A stretch of 64,000 nt of DNA from an uncultured Phycisphaeraceae bacterium (lineage in GTDB: Bacteria > Planctomycetota > Phycisphaerae > UBA1845): the NCBI GenBank assembly GCA_964416845.1, contig CAYQFV010000002.1, forward strand, positions 4,525 through 68,524, in the 5' to 3' direction. Within the stretch, counting starts at the first letter, position 1; every line of letters begins with the position of its first letter. A program made the position numbers and the translations under genes. The notes under the pieces were generated by a model. The model worked only from the letters and a program-made list of their open reading frames with translations. It was not told where the DNA came from and ran no database searches. Below, one piece after another: positions 9,875-18,985 of the stretch.

Positions 9875-10666
9875 TCACTTCGGCAAGTGTGACCATTCTC
9901 CACCACGAACAGCCGCCGCCAACCGGATGTTGTCACGCACGTGATCGCGATTGAGTCCGCCGATCAGCAGGCTGGTGACACCGGTGTTGGACAGAACAAA
10001 TCGAATCGCCTCGACAACGTTCAGCCGCCCGGACGCGAGTCCTTTCTTCACCATCACCGAGACGCCCCGCGCCGCGGCCGTTGCGATGACCGGCTCCAGT
10101 GATCGACACTCCAGATGGTACTCCACCATGATCGCATCGCACCAGGGCAATGCCGACTCGACTGCGTCAGCCGTGTAGCCGGAAAAACCGATCTTCCGTA
10201 CCAGCCCCTCGTCGCGAAGAGCGTGCAAGGTCGAGACAACATCCGTCGCCTCGAGAACCGTCTTCTCATCGTGGGTCGAATGGATGAAAACGAGATCGAG
10301 CACGTCGGTCCGCAGCCGCTCAAGACTGCGGTGCACGCTCCGACGAACGGCAGCCTCGGAAAAATCGTACGTCGATTTCCCATTGGCGAACCGTTCGCCA
10401 ACTTTGGTCGAAAGAATGAACTCGTCACGACGATGAGCAACCGCGCGCCCGATGCGATCCTCGCTCAACCCGTAGGCCGGCGCGGTGTCGATGTAGGTGA
10501 TACCGCAATCGAGGACATCGTTCAAAAGCACGTCGACGGCGTGTTGGTCGGGCAGGTCGTACCGTTCGGCATACTTGACGCCCTCGTTACGCCCGATCTT
10601 GAACGCGCCGAATCCGACCGGTGATACGCTCAGGCCACGGAGATCCACCGATTGTTTGTCTCCCAT
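9875..10666 (-). CDS. Aldo/keto reductase
   Basis: 263 aa. Motifs: GFGAFKIG, ITYIDTAPAYG, ILSTKVG and LDLVFIHS, consistent with an AKR fold. Confidence 0.8.
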   Translation of the reverse strand: MGDKQSVDLRGLSVSPVGFGAFKIGRNEGVKYAERYDLPDQHAVDVLLNDVLDCGITYIDTAPAYGLSEDRIGRAVAHRRDEFILSTKVGERFANGKSTYDFSEAAVRRSVHRSLERLRTDVLDLVFIHSTHDEKTVLEATDVVSTLHALRDEGLVRKIGFSGYTADAVESALPWCDAIMVEYHLECRSLEPVIATAAARGVSVMVKKGLASGRLNVVEAIRFVLSNTGVTSLLIGGLNRDHVRDNIRLAAAVRGGEWSHLPK

Positions 10667-11844
10667 GGCGGCAACGCAACCTCCGGCCGCTGCCAGTCTG
10701 ACGGAACAACACCATCACCCGCCGACGGTTGCGACGGCAAGCCAATCCGGTCGACGACCAGCTTAACCAGTTCGGGGGCCAAGACAAGCTTCGTCGGCCA
10801 CGCGACAATCACGTTGCCTTCCATGCACACAACCGGGCCGTTGGGTCGTGCGCCGCCGCCGGTGCGCCCTTCCGCTCGGTTGACTCGGTAAGTGCCCCAC
10901 TCGACGTCGCCCAAGTCGACGCCGGGCAGCAGGGCGGTCAATTCGTTCTTCGCGTGACGGATCAAATCCGTATCGTCCATGCCCACACCGATTTCGGAAA
11001 TCTGCCCACCCACTTGCCAGACGCGCCGCCCTTCGAAATCGGTCGCTGTTGTGATGGTTGCCCGCGTCTTGCCGCCGTCGACGCAGTGACCGAAGAGCTG
11101 CGGCAAATCGCCACGGACAACGACCATCTGCAACGGACGGCGCTGCATCGGCGATGCGGTCATCCCAACCAGTTCGCCGAGTCGTTCATTGCCCTCGCCG
11201 GCGGTGAAGACAATGTGATTGGGCCGAACCTCGAACACCGCGTCCCTAGGCACATCCACGAAACGCACGCAGGACACATGGCGGGGCGAATCGGTGACAA
11301 ACTCAACACCAGCGTCCCCGTCACTGAGCAACATTCGCGGACGGTGGCGACTCGCAAAAACGCGAACCAGCGATGCAGGGTCGATCACTTGTTCGTCGAT
11401 GCGAAACACCTCGCCGGGCGTGCCAGCCAGCACCGGCGGCAACGAGTCGCGGGGCACCTTTTCCACGACGGAACGCAGACCCGCGCGCGCGCCGACCATG
11501 CCGATCTTGGATTTAAGCGACGACGTTCGCCACAAGAAGCATGATTCGGATAGAACGCGAACCTCCGACAAATCAGGCTGGCGGTCCCCACGCAAACACG
11601 ACCGCCACAAACCCGGCATGTCGCGAATCGCCCGTGCCGACTCGGACATCACGCCGCTGAGTGTGTATTTCAATCCGCCGTGAATGATTCCTTGCGACGC
11701 AACGGTTTGTCCGGCCCCCAGCGCGTCTCGCTCGGCGAGCATCGCAGTGAAACCACGATGATGAAGCTCGTCCAGCAGCCACAGACCGGCGCATCCGCCG
11801 CCGAAGACAAGTACGTCAACATCGCGCTGGCTGACGGATGACAT
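10630..11844 (-). CDS. FAD-dependent oxidoreductase
   Basis: 404 aa. N-terminal dinucleotide-binding fold DVLVFGGGCAGLWLL...ERDALGAGQT; a later SQGIIHGGLKY block resembles the glycerol-3-phosphate oxidase/DAO family. The substrate cannot be assigned. Confidence 0.7.
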   Translation of the reverse strand: MSSVSQRDVDVLVFGGGCAGLWLLDELHHRGFTAMLAERDALGAGQTVASQGIIHGGLKYTLSGVMSESARAIRDMPGLWRSCLRGDRQPDLSEVRVLSESCFLWRTSSLKSKIGMVGARAGLRSVVEKVPRDSLPPVLAGTPGEVFRIDEQVIDPASLVRVFASRHRPRMLLSDGDAGVEFVTDSPRHVSCVRFVDVPRDAVFEVRPNHIVFTAGEGNERLGELVGMTASPMQRRPLQMVVVRGDLPQLFGHCVDGGKTRATITTATDFEGRRVWQVGGQISEIGVGMDDTDLIRHAKNELTALLPGVDLGDVEWGTYRVNRAEGRTGGGARPNGPVVCMEGNVIVAWPTKLVLAPELVKLVVDRIGLPSQPSAGDGVVPSDWQRPEVALPPWETNNRWISVA

Positions 11845-12932
11845 TACGATGCATTCACCTTCGCGTTGTCGCCGGACGAATGAACACCGCGACGCGCGAG
11901 GACCGCCTCCAATCGCGCATCGAGAACAGCGGTGGATTCGTCCGTAAAATCAATATCGATTCGTACGATACGTAGCGGGGCGATTCCTTCGAGATTCAAT
12001 CGGCGAAGCTTCACCGCATCTTTGTGGGTGGTCAACACAACGTCGCAATCCACGCGATCGCACACCGCGACGACACGCGCAATGTCAGATTGGTCATAAC
12101 GATGATGATCCGGCCACCAAATGGTCTCGACCACATCGATGCCCGTACTTCGCACTGTGTTGACCAGACTGAGCGGGTTTCCGATGCCGGCAAAAACCAC
12201 AGCCCGTCGAAACCGTTGGTCCGTTGTGACACCCGAAACGTCCGTCAGACCGACCGACCGATGGCGACAGACGATCACCGGCACGCCCCCGACGATTGAC
12301 TTCAACCGAGCAACCAGCCGATCCAATCCATCAGCGTCGACCTGCTCCGCATGCGTCACGACAATGACGTCCGCCCTTCCCAGACCCGCTACGGGCTCGC
12401 GAAGCAAACCACGCGGCAAGACCGATCCATAACCGAACGGATTGGTCGCGTCGACGAGCACGATGTCCAGATCGCGCGCGATCCGCCGGTGTTGGAATCC
12501 ATCGTCGAGCACAAGCACGTCCGCGCCGGCCCGCATCGCATCTCGACCCGCCCGAACACGGTCGGGATCAGCGACACAAATCACGTTCGGCAAGCATTCG
12601 GAAACCATTTGCAACTCGTCGTTCATGCCTCCCGCGTGCGAACCATAACCGCGTGCGATGACGGCTGGCCTTCTTCCACGCGCGATGCATCGCCTCGCTA
12701 CTTCGATTACCAGCGGCGTCTTGCCCGTGCCTCCAGTCGTGATGTTGCCGATGCTGATCACGCCGACCGGCAACTCGACCACCTCGCGCTCACCGCGATC
12801 GAATCGAGCGTTGCGACGATTGATCGCCACGGTATACGCACACGACAGCGCGGACAGGGTCGCTCGGACGGGCGCGCTCCAAATCCCCGTTCGCCCCGAG
12901 ATGATCTGCTTGTAAAGCGTTTCGGCACGCAT
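11844..12932 (-). CDS. lpxK: Tetraacyldisaccharide 4'-kinase
   Basis: 362 aa with the LpxK P-loop context: VISIGNITTGGTGKTPLVIEVA...AVIARGYG. Confidence 0.85.
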   Translation of the reverse strand: MRAETLYKQIISGRTGIWSAPVRATLSALSCAYTVAINRRNARFDRGEREVVELPVGVISIGNITTGGTGKTPLVIEVARRCIARGRRPAVIARGYGSHAGGMNDELQMVSECLPNVICVADPDRVRAGRDAMRAGADVLVLDDGFQHRRIARDLDIVLVDATNPFGYGSVLPRGLLREPVAGLGRADVIVVTHAEQVDADGLDRLVARLKSIVGGVPVIVCRHRSVGLTDVSGVTTDQRFRRAVVFAGIGNPLSLVNTVRSTGIDVVETIWWPDHHRYDQSDIARVVAVCDRVDCDVVLTTHKDAVKLRRLNLEGIAPLRIVRIDIDFTDESTAVLDARLEAVLARRGVHSSGDNAKVNAS

Positions 12933-12935
12933 CAG

Positions 12936-14156
12936 TTACCCAGCATAGGTCATGGCTGAACAACTTACGCAGATTTGGGCATCCTCGGTAAACGCCTGGT
13001 GATAACCGAGGAGCAATGGTTTGGCGGCCCGAAGCGCGCTGGCCAGCACAAACATGCACCCCGCGCTGCACACCCGCGTGGGGTTTTGCTCCGCCGCAAT
13101 CGTCCGAATGAATGCTTCCGGATCGGACGCTTCCAGGCAGGCGAGTGCTCGTCGATCACGCTCAGCCACCGAGGCCAAGAACGATGCGTCAAGCTCGAAC
13201 ATGTCTCCGAACTGCCGACCGACGTGGCTCAAATCCGCGCCAGCCACGACCAGGGTATCGCCGCCGTCCTCCTCGATCACCTCGCCCAACGCCCGCGCAA
13301 AATCTGCCAGATCAACTCCGTTTCCATCGTACGGCTTGGTTCCCGTCGGTCCGCACGGATCGGGGCAAAGAAACGGCACGATCGTCAGATCGGGCGATTC
13401 AAGCACGTGTTGCAGACACATCACTTGCATTTCCACCGAGTGCTCGCGCCCATGGTCGGACTCGTGCTCACAAAGATCCACACCACACCGCTGCGAAACG
13501 GAGTCCAAAAATCGGGTGTCTATCCCAGCGACACCAAGCGGCGTTTCGAATGGTTTGGTCGTGGAAACCACCGACGTTGACTGCCCGAAATGATTCGTTC
13601 CCAGTATTACGCAGCGGTCAGGCGGACGCATGCCATCGAGCACGCCATACGCTTTGGCATAACAAGGGCCGCCGCGCGGATAATCAAGATGCGGTGCAAC
13701 CAGCCCCACCACTCGGGCGGTCGGCCTTTCCACGCCGTCCCCGTTCGACAACATCTGCGACAGATAGGCTCGGACATCGTCCGGCGAGCCCAAAGAATCG
13801 CCATAAACGCTGCGTCGCACCTTCGCCGCCCGATAGTCAATCAGAATCTGATCCAAATGGGCGCGGAACGCAGGCCCGTCAAGCATCCAAGCAGATTCCA
13901 GCTTTTGGATAAGCTCAAAGAGCGTCTCTTCCTTGATCGGCTGACCGTAACGCGATTGAAACCGATCGAGAATCTCCGCAACCGTGTGCAGACCGTCGAA
14001 CATCGTGAGGATGAACAATGCGGGCTCGGACAGGGTCAAGGTGACATCGCACACGCCCGACGGATCCGCCAGCGCGAACAGCTTCTCGTCACCGCGGTCG
14101 AGAGGCACGGCCTCGAGCGGCCGGAGCTTCGGACGTTCTTGCAGCCTATCACTCAT
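12936..14156 (-). CDS. Memo-family protein (AmmeMemoRadiSam system protein B-like) with N-terminal PqqD/RRE-like domain
   Basis: Memo blocks: VAPHLDYPRGGPCYAKAYG, ILGTNHFG, EHSVEMQVMCLQH, VVAGADLSHVG, CSAGCMFV. The first ~105 aa (LSEPALFILTMFDGLHTVAEILDRFQSRYGQPIKEETLFELIQKLESAWML) follow the PqqD-like pattern. Confidence 0.75.
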   Translation of the reverse strand: MSDRLQERPKLRPLEAVPLDRGDEKLFALADPSGVCDVTLTLSEPALFILTMFDGLHTVAEILDRFQSRYGQPIKEETLFELIQKLESAWMLDGPAFRAHLDQILIDYRAAKVRRSVYGDSLGSPDDVRAYLSQMLSNGDGVERPTARVVGLVAPHLDYPRGGPCYAKAYGVLDGMRPPDRCVILGTNHFGQSTSVVSTTKPFETPLGVAGIDTRFLDSVSQRCGVDLCEHESDHGREHSVEMQVMCLQHVLESPDLTIVPFLCPDPCGPTGTKPYDGNGVDLADFARALGEVIEEDGGDTLVVAGADLSHVGRQFGDMFELDASFLASVAERDRRALACLEASDPEAFIRTIAAEQNPTRVCSAGCMFVLASALRAAKPLLLGYHQAFTEDAQICVSCSAMTYAG

Positions 14157-14255
14157 GAAACATCCACCTGCGTCTCAAGTCGCCGTGCAACGTGCCGACG
14201 TCTTCTAGCGTCGTCGATAAGTATAACCGCAGTGTGCTACCGCGATGGTCTTTCG

Positions 14256-14741
14256 TCACACGCGTTTCTTGCTCTCGGCGACGGCCATTCTATCACACTC
14301 CTCGTTTTCGGGATGCCCCGCATGGCCGGCGACGTACTCGTAGGTGACGTTGTGGCGGTCCGCCGCTTCCATCAACGCCTTCCACAACTCGACGTTTTTC
14401 ACCGGCTCCTTCTTGCGGCCACGACCACGCATCCAATCGTTGCGAATCCAGCCCGGCAGCCACTCGGTCATGCCTTTGATCACATATTGGCTGTCGCTAA
14501 CCACCGTGACGTTGGTCGATTCCTTCAACGCTCGAAGCCCCTCGATGACAGCCATCAATTCCATTCTGTTGTTGGTGGTCAGCGGGTCGCTGCCGGCGGC
14601 TTTTCTCGTCTTGCCGCTTGCGGTGTGTCGTAAAATATACGCCCAACCGCCAGGTCCGGGGTTTCCGCTGCACGCGCCATCGGTGAACAAGATCACGTTC
14701 GCTTCGCTCATGCCAAGCGTCATAACCGCCCGACAAGCCAT
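14256..14741 (-). CDS. rnhA: Ribonuclease HI
   Basis: FTDGACSGNPGPGGWAYIL ... TNNRMELMAVIEGL ... VVSDSQYV ... GHAGHPENEECDRMA, i.e. the DEDD catalytic blocks. An alternative start MSEANV at 14711 is possible. Confidence 0.9.
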   Translation of the reverse strand: MACRAVMTLGMSEANVILFTDGACSGNPGPGGWAYILRHTASGKTRKAAGSDPLTTNNRMELMAVIEGLRALKESTNVTVVSDSQYVIKGMTEWLPGWIRNDWMRGRGRKKEPVKNVELWKALMEAADRHNVTYEYVAGHAGHPENEECDRMAVAESKKRV

Positions 14742-14761
14742 GGGTCAAGTTGAGTCGACGG

Positions 14762-16708
14762 TCATTCACCGGCAGACTGCTCGTCCGCGTCGTCTGCCCA
14801 ACGGTGGGCCCGCTGCACCAACTCCTCCGGAAACCCTTCGCGCGCGAGGATTCGCAACGCGTTTCGCCGTTCCGCCGGACCGGGTCGGAGGCGATGGTCA
14901 AACACCGGACCGGCGGCATCAAGATCCTCGTCGAAATGGACGTTCACAGCCGACCGACCGTCGGCCAAATCAGTCAGTCGATGTTCGTGCGTCGCTACGA
15001 CGAACAAGCCTCCCGACGAAACGAAGTGGGATACCACAGCCAGGCTTGCTGCGATACGCTCCTTCGAATTCGTCCCACGGAATGGCTCATCGACAAGTCC
15101 CAAGACCGGCGCTTCGCCGTCGGACGTCTGAAGCATGCGACGAACCTGCCGTACCTCGGCGATGAAGTAACTTTCTTCCTTGGCAAGGCTGTCGCTCACG
15201 CGAAGGTCGCTCATCAACCGAACCGGCGACCATCGCATCGCGTCTGCCGCCGCAGTCGTTCCCAATTGGGCGAGAAAAACGTTGACACCGATCATGCGAA
15301 GGTACGTGCTCTTGCCAGCCATATTCGACCCTGTGACAATGACGACCCGAAGTGGAGATACCAGCCGCACATCGTTCGCCACGACCTTCTCCGGCGACAC
15401 CAAAGGGTGCACCCCGCCAGTGATCAATAGCGTCGTGTCGTCCGAAATCTCAGGGTAGCACCAAACCGGTTGCTCCCAAGCGAAGCACGCCAAACTCGTG
15501 AGCGCATCCAACTCCGCAATGGCAGCGAGCGCCTCCACGATCGTGTCGCGATGGCGATCGACGCACGTCAGAATCGCGTCGGCCACGTGAAGGTCATAGA
15601 GCACCAGCGCATTGAGTGTGGCGTGCACCGCGCCGCCCGTATTGGTCCATTCAAGACGCCACCGCAACCGCGACAACACCCGTCGGTCGGCTGCCTGAGC
15701 AAATCGCTCGCGAAGCAAGGCCAACGGACTGTCCGCCGGCAAGAGCTCAGCCGACCGTTGACAGATCGAGCGAATTCCGCCGACCATGGTGGAAAGGTCG
15801 CGCCAAGGCCTCAAACTCGCCGACAGCGTGCGTCGCATCTGCGCGTACAACGTCGTGTTGAAAAGCGCGACCAGCAGCAACCCGCCCAACCACCCGGGCA
15901 CGCCGCGCATCGCATAGACCGAAGCGACCAACATGAACACCCCGCTGATCGCCGACCAGTGACGCAAGAGTCGAACCCGACCGGGGTTGGCCAATGGCGT
16001 CGATAGGCGAACCGCCGACACCAGAGCATCAAGCCACTGATCCTTGTTCCGTGCGACCGCCGTGGCAGCCATCAAACGCAATCGAATGGTTGGGTTCTCA
16101 TCAAGCCAGCGAACGCAACCGCTGCGGGCGCTCAGATTCAGCCGGGACAAGCAGAGGTTTTCGCACATGTCACGCAAACGGCGCGCCCCCAGCGCCGTCG
16201 AAGTGCGGTTCAGCAGACCGAAAAGGCCGATCGGATCGCCATACAGATCGAGATCGGCACACTCTTGAGCACTAAGCCGCCACGTTCGGCCGTCATCGAA
16301 CACTGGCGAAAGCGCTGCACCCTCCAACGCCGAATCTGTCGGACGCGACAACGATCGAATCACCACGACGTTCCCGCCGTGGCGCTGCGTGGTCTCGCCA
16401 GCAACTTCGACGAGCCGATCCAGAAATGTTCTGCGACCCTTAGCTGCCGTGTGTCGCATGACCGACACCGCAAACGCTGCAACCAACACACCGGTCACCA
16501 CCGCCGTCGCCGCGGACCAACCCCCGACGAAATACCAGGCTAAGCTCGCCGACAGAAAAGTCACCATCCTCCCCCACGACCATAACAACTCCGTGCGTTT
16601 CGCGCTGACAAGTTGGTCGTCGATCGTGGCTTGGAACTCCGATAGCAGCCGAGCATCCGCATCGACGCGGTCGACGTTCCGGTTTCCTGAAGAATGATCG
16701 TCGGGCAT
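14762..16708 (-). CDS. MutS-related ATPase with N-terminal transmembrane region (no mismatch-binding domain evident)
   Basis: 648 aa. The C-terminal MutS domain V has Walker A GSNMAGKSTYLR, Walker B LVDEPFRGTN and VATHEH. The N-terminal ~300 aa contain several hydrophobic helices instead of MutS domains I and II. Confidence 0.75.
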   Translation of the reverse strand: MPDDHSSGNRNVDRVDADARLLSEFQATIDDQLVSAKRTELLWSWGRMVTFLSASLAWYFVGGWSAATAVVTGVLVAAFAVSVMRHTAAKGRRTFLDRLVEVAGETTQRHGGNVVVIRSLSRPTDSALEGAALSPVFDDGRTWRLSAQECADLDLYGDPIGLFGLLNRTSTALGARRLRDMCENLCLSRLNLSARSGCVRWLDENPTIRLRLMAATAVARNKDQWLDALVSAVRLSTPLANPGRVRLLRHWSAISGVFMLVASVYAMRGVPGWLGGLLLVALFNTTLYAQMRRTLSASLRPWRDLSTMVGGIRSICQRSAELLPADSPLALLRERFAQAADRRVLSRLRWRLEWTNTGGAVHATLNALVLYDLHVADAILTCVDRHRDTIVEALAAIAELDALTSLACFAWEQPVWCYPEISDDTTLLITGGVHPLVSPEKVVANDVRLVSPLRVVIVTGSNMAGKSTYLRMIGVNVFLAQLGTTAAADAMRWSPVRLMSDLRVSDSLAKEESYFIAEVRQVRRMLQTSDGEAPVLGLVDEPFRGTNSKERIAASLAVVSHFVSSGGLFVVATHEHRLTDLADGRSAVNVHFDEDLDAAGPVFDHRLRPGPAERRNALRILAREGFPEELVQRAHRWADDADEQSAGE

Positions 16709-16900
16709 GTCAGCCTCTTTTCAACCGTGAACGATGCGTCTCGTGTCGATAGACGGGGGTCGTATCACGCAACGCGAACGGCGGCCCGACCGCTCGTCCG
16801 ACGCTCGCCAAAGTTAAGCAAGAAGCGACGCAGTGTGAGCAACCCAATGCGAGCATCCGCGTTCAATCGGCCGAAGGTCGCGCGCCGCTCGTGCTGAGAG

Positions 16901-17545
16901 CTAAAGATTCTCGATGAATACGGATTTACGCCGCGCAGTCCGCATCTGCGTGCGGAGCAGTTCCGACACGCGATCGGGATCGGCGACCCCGCGGATTTCA
17001 ATCGCCGCGTCGGTGAAATCCGTCGACAGAATGTCGATGCTTCCCAGACCGAAGAAGCGATCGACAAGCAGTTTCCTGACGCGCAAATCGTCGACGCGAA
17101 TCAACTCAATCTGGTCGATCGTCTGCCGGACGATTCCTCGCTCAACGAACAACCGCTCGCTCGTCAGACGGTAACGCGTACCCAACACTCTGATGGCTAC
17201 CTTGGCAGCGACGATGCCCAACACGACCAGGGCGATCGGGATGGCAATTTTCAAGTACTGCGGCCCCCACACCGCGACCAACACCAGCCCCACGAAGGTC
17301 GGACCGGCCAACAAAACGATCTTTCCGCCATCGTGCTTCCAATCGGTGCGACCGACCCACAAAGTCTTTTCTGACTTGGGGGTCGGCCTTTCCTGCTGTT
17401 GCGCCCCAGCGTCATCAGCCGGATCAGCGGTTGGAGACGTCGACTCGTTGCGCTCCGCATAGGAGTCGTCGCCTGATTCCGGTACGACGAACGGGTTTTC
17501 CGGTTCGCTGCTCACGTGCCGAATCCTCCAGCAAGTCGCGTACAC
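16901..17545 (-). CDS. Membrane protein with bacterial PH (bPH_2/YdbT-like) domain
   Basis: Two TM helices (KIVLLAGPTFVGLVLVAVW, IAIPIALVVLGIVAAKV) are followed by YRLTSERLFVERGIVRQTIDQIELIRVDDL. The acidic, Pro-rich N-terminus makes the exact start uncertain. Confidence 0.6.
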   Translation of the reverse strand: MYATCWRIRHVSSEPENPFVVPESGDDSYAERNESTSPTADPADDAGAQQQERPTPKSEKTLWVGRTDWKHDGGKIVLLAGPTFVGLVLVAVWGPQYLKIAIPIALVVLGIVAAKVAIRVLGTRYRLTSERLFVERGIVRQTIDQIELIRVDDLRVRKLLVDRFFGLGSIDILSTDFTDAAIEIRGVADPDRVSELLRTQMRTARRKSVFIENL

Positions 17546-17761
17546 AAAAGCCGATCGTTAATGATACCACTCACCCACGCGCCGGTCACCACGCTATTTT
17601 CCTCCTTGACAAGTCGCGGTCGTCGTCACGAAGATGTCTTGCTCCAAAGAACAGCGCCCGTGCGGGCAGGCGCGTTGGAGTCTGGGCTTGGCGAACGGTG
17701 CTCCGTCGCCGCGCTCCACAGCCAACGCGACCCAAAGACCTCTAATTCGCTGGAATCAACC

Positions 17762-18133
17762 ATGACCGAACACCAAGGCGACACCGCTTCCGAATCAGGC
17801 GAACCACAAGACCAGAACCGTCCCGATCGCCGCGCTGAAGGGCGTCGATCGGGCGATCGGCGACAATCCGACCGGAGGATGGGGCTCGACCGCCGCCGCG
17901 GACCGGGACGCCGCCGCGGTGAAGTTCGCAAGGCCGCCGAAGAAGGCGAAATGAGCGGCGAACTCCTCGAGTTCGTCATGGCCATCGACGAATACAAGAG
18001 AATCAACGAGCGACCGTTCCCCGCGTGGTCGGAAATCTTCGAGATCATCCAATACCTCGGCTATCGCCGTGTTGCAGAACGCGCCGAACACATCAACGCC
18101 CCCACAACCCCACCTCAAAAAACCGACGAATAG
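17762..18133 (+). CDS. Hypothetical protein with Arg-rich (DRR-repeat) N-terminus
   Basis: The ATG at 17762 is in frame within the 17516-18133 track ORF. Sequence: MTEHQGD...PDRRAEGRRSGDRRQSDRRMGLDRRRGPGRRRG, then a compact domain LLEFVMAIDEYKRINERPFPAWSEIFEIIQYLGYRRV. I recognise no family. Confidence 0.4.
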   Translation: MTEHQGDTASESGEPQDQNRPDRRAEGRRSGDRRQSDRRMGLDRRRGPGRRRGEVRKAAEEGEMSGELLEFVMAIDEYKRINERPFPAWSEIFEIIQYLGYRRVAERAEHINAPTTPPQKTDE

Positions 18134-18515
18134 GACTGCACCCACCGTCCACGACGACGCGAACGTCTGACGGCCCCGCACTGACCTGCTCGCGAAAGAG
18201 CGCTGCGTCAGGGGATGAGTCCGCAGCCGCCAACTCCATAGAAAACTGGAGTGTCATCAAGTGTCATCCGAAAGCGATGACAGAATACGACACCGCATCA
18301 TCTTCGCTGAAGCAAATCTGCCGGAAAAGACGTTGAGGTCGCAACGGGAGATGGCTCGGGACGGCCACTCTCGCCGGAGCGCATCGCAACACCGGGTCGA
18401 CGCGCGCTCGGCAGCCAAGAACAACCGACAAGACAGGGCGTCTCGCAGACAGGCGCAGCAGGCAGGGCAGGCGGACGACTACGTGTCGCCGCTGGAACAA
18501 TGGAGAATCAAGATC

Positions 18516-18947
18516 ATGACATCATCCGTTCGACTCGTCGTACGCGGGATACCGGTCAGTTTCAGATCGAAGCGAGACGTCGTAACGCGTTGGCGAAACA
18601 AGGTCGCGGCGGCCGCAATAGCACGCGTTCCGCAGCTTACCGATTCCGGAGAACTGAAGGTCAGCATCACGCATTTCTACCGCTCGCCGCCACGCTACGA
18701 TGCCGACAACATGTCCAAACCGATCTGCGACGCGTTATCGCACATCGTTTACGAGGACGATCGTCAAATCGTTGAGTGCAGTTGCCGGCGCGTGCCGCTG
18801 TCACGGCCGGTCAACCTTTGGGGCATGCCCAGAGAACTCGTAATCGCCCTGTGCGAAGCCGACGACTTCGTCTACATCGTCATCGAATGGGTCAAGACCA
18901 TGTCCTGGTCGCCATTCCGCGAGCGATTCGCACGCCTGTGGGCCTGA
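18516..18947 (+). CDS. rusA: RusA-family crossover junction endodeoxyribonuclease (Holliday junction resolvase)
   Basis: ATG at 18516, preceded by GGAGAA. The catalytic pattern YDADNMSKPICDALSHIVYEDDRQIV matches the RusA D-x-D-N..K...DAL......DD-x-Q-[IV] signature. The track ORF starts at 18261, but its N-terminal extension is low-complexity. Confidence 0.65.
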   Translation: MTSSVRLVVRGIPVSFRSKRDVVTRWRNKVAAAAIARVPQLTDSGELKVSITHFYRSPPRYDADNMSKPICDALSHIVYEDDRQIVECSCRRVPLSRPVNLWGMPRELVIALCEADDFVYIVIEWVKTMSWSPFRERFARLWA

Positions 18948-18985
18948 ACGATTATCAAGCCTTGCACCCACCGCGAAACCAGTCG

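Noticed and set aside
13590-14633. 347-aa ORF on the plus strand
   Set aside because: It is antisense to the Memo-family gene and rnhA, both of which have clear catalytic motifs. It is a shadow ORF.
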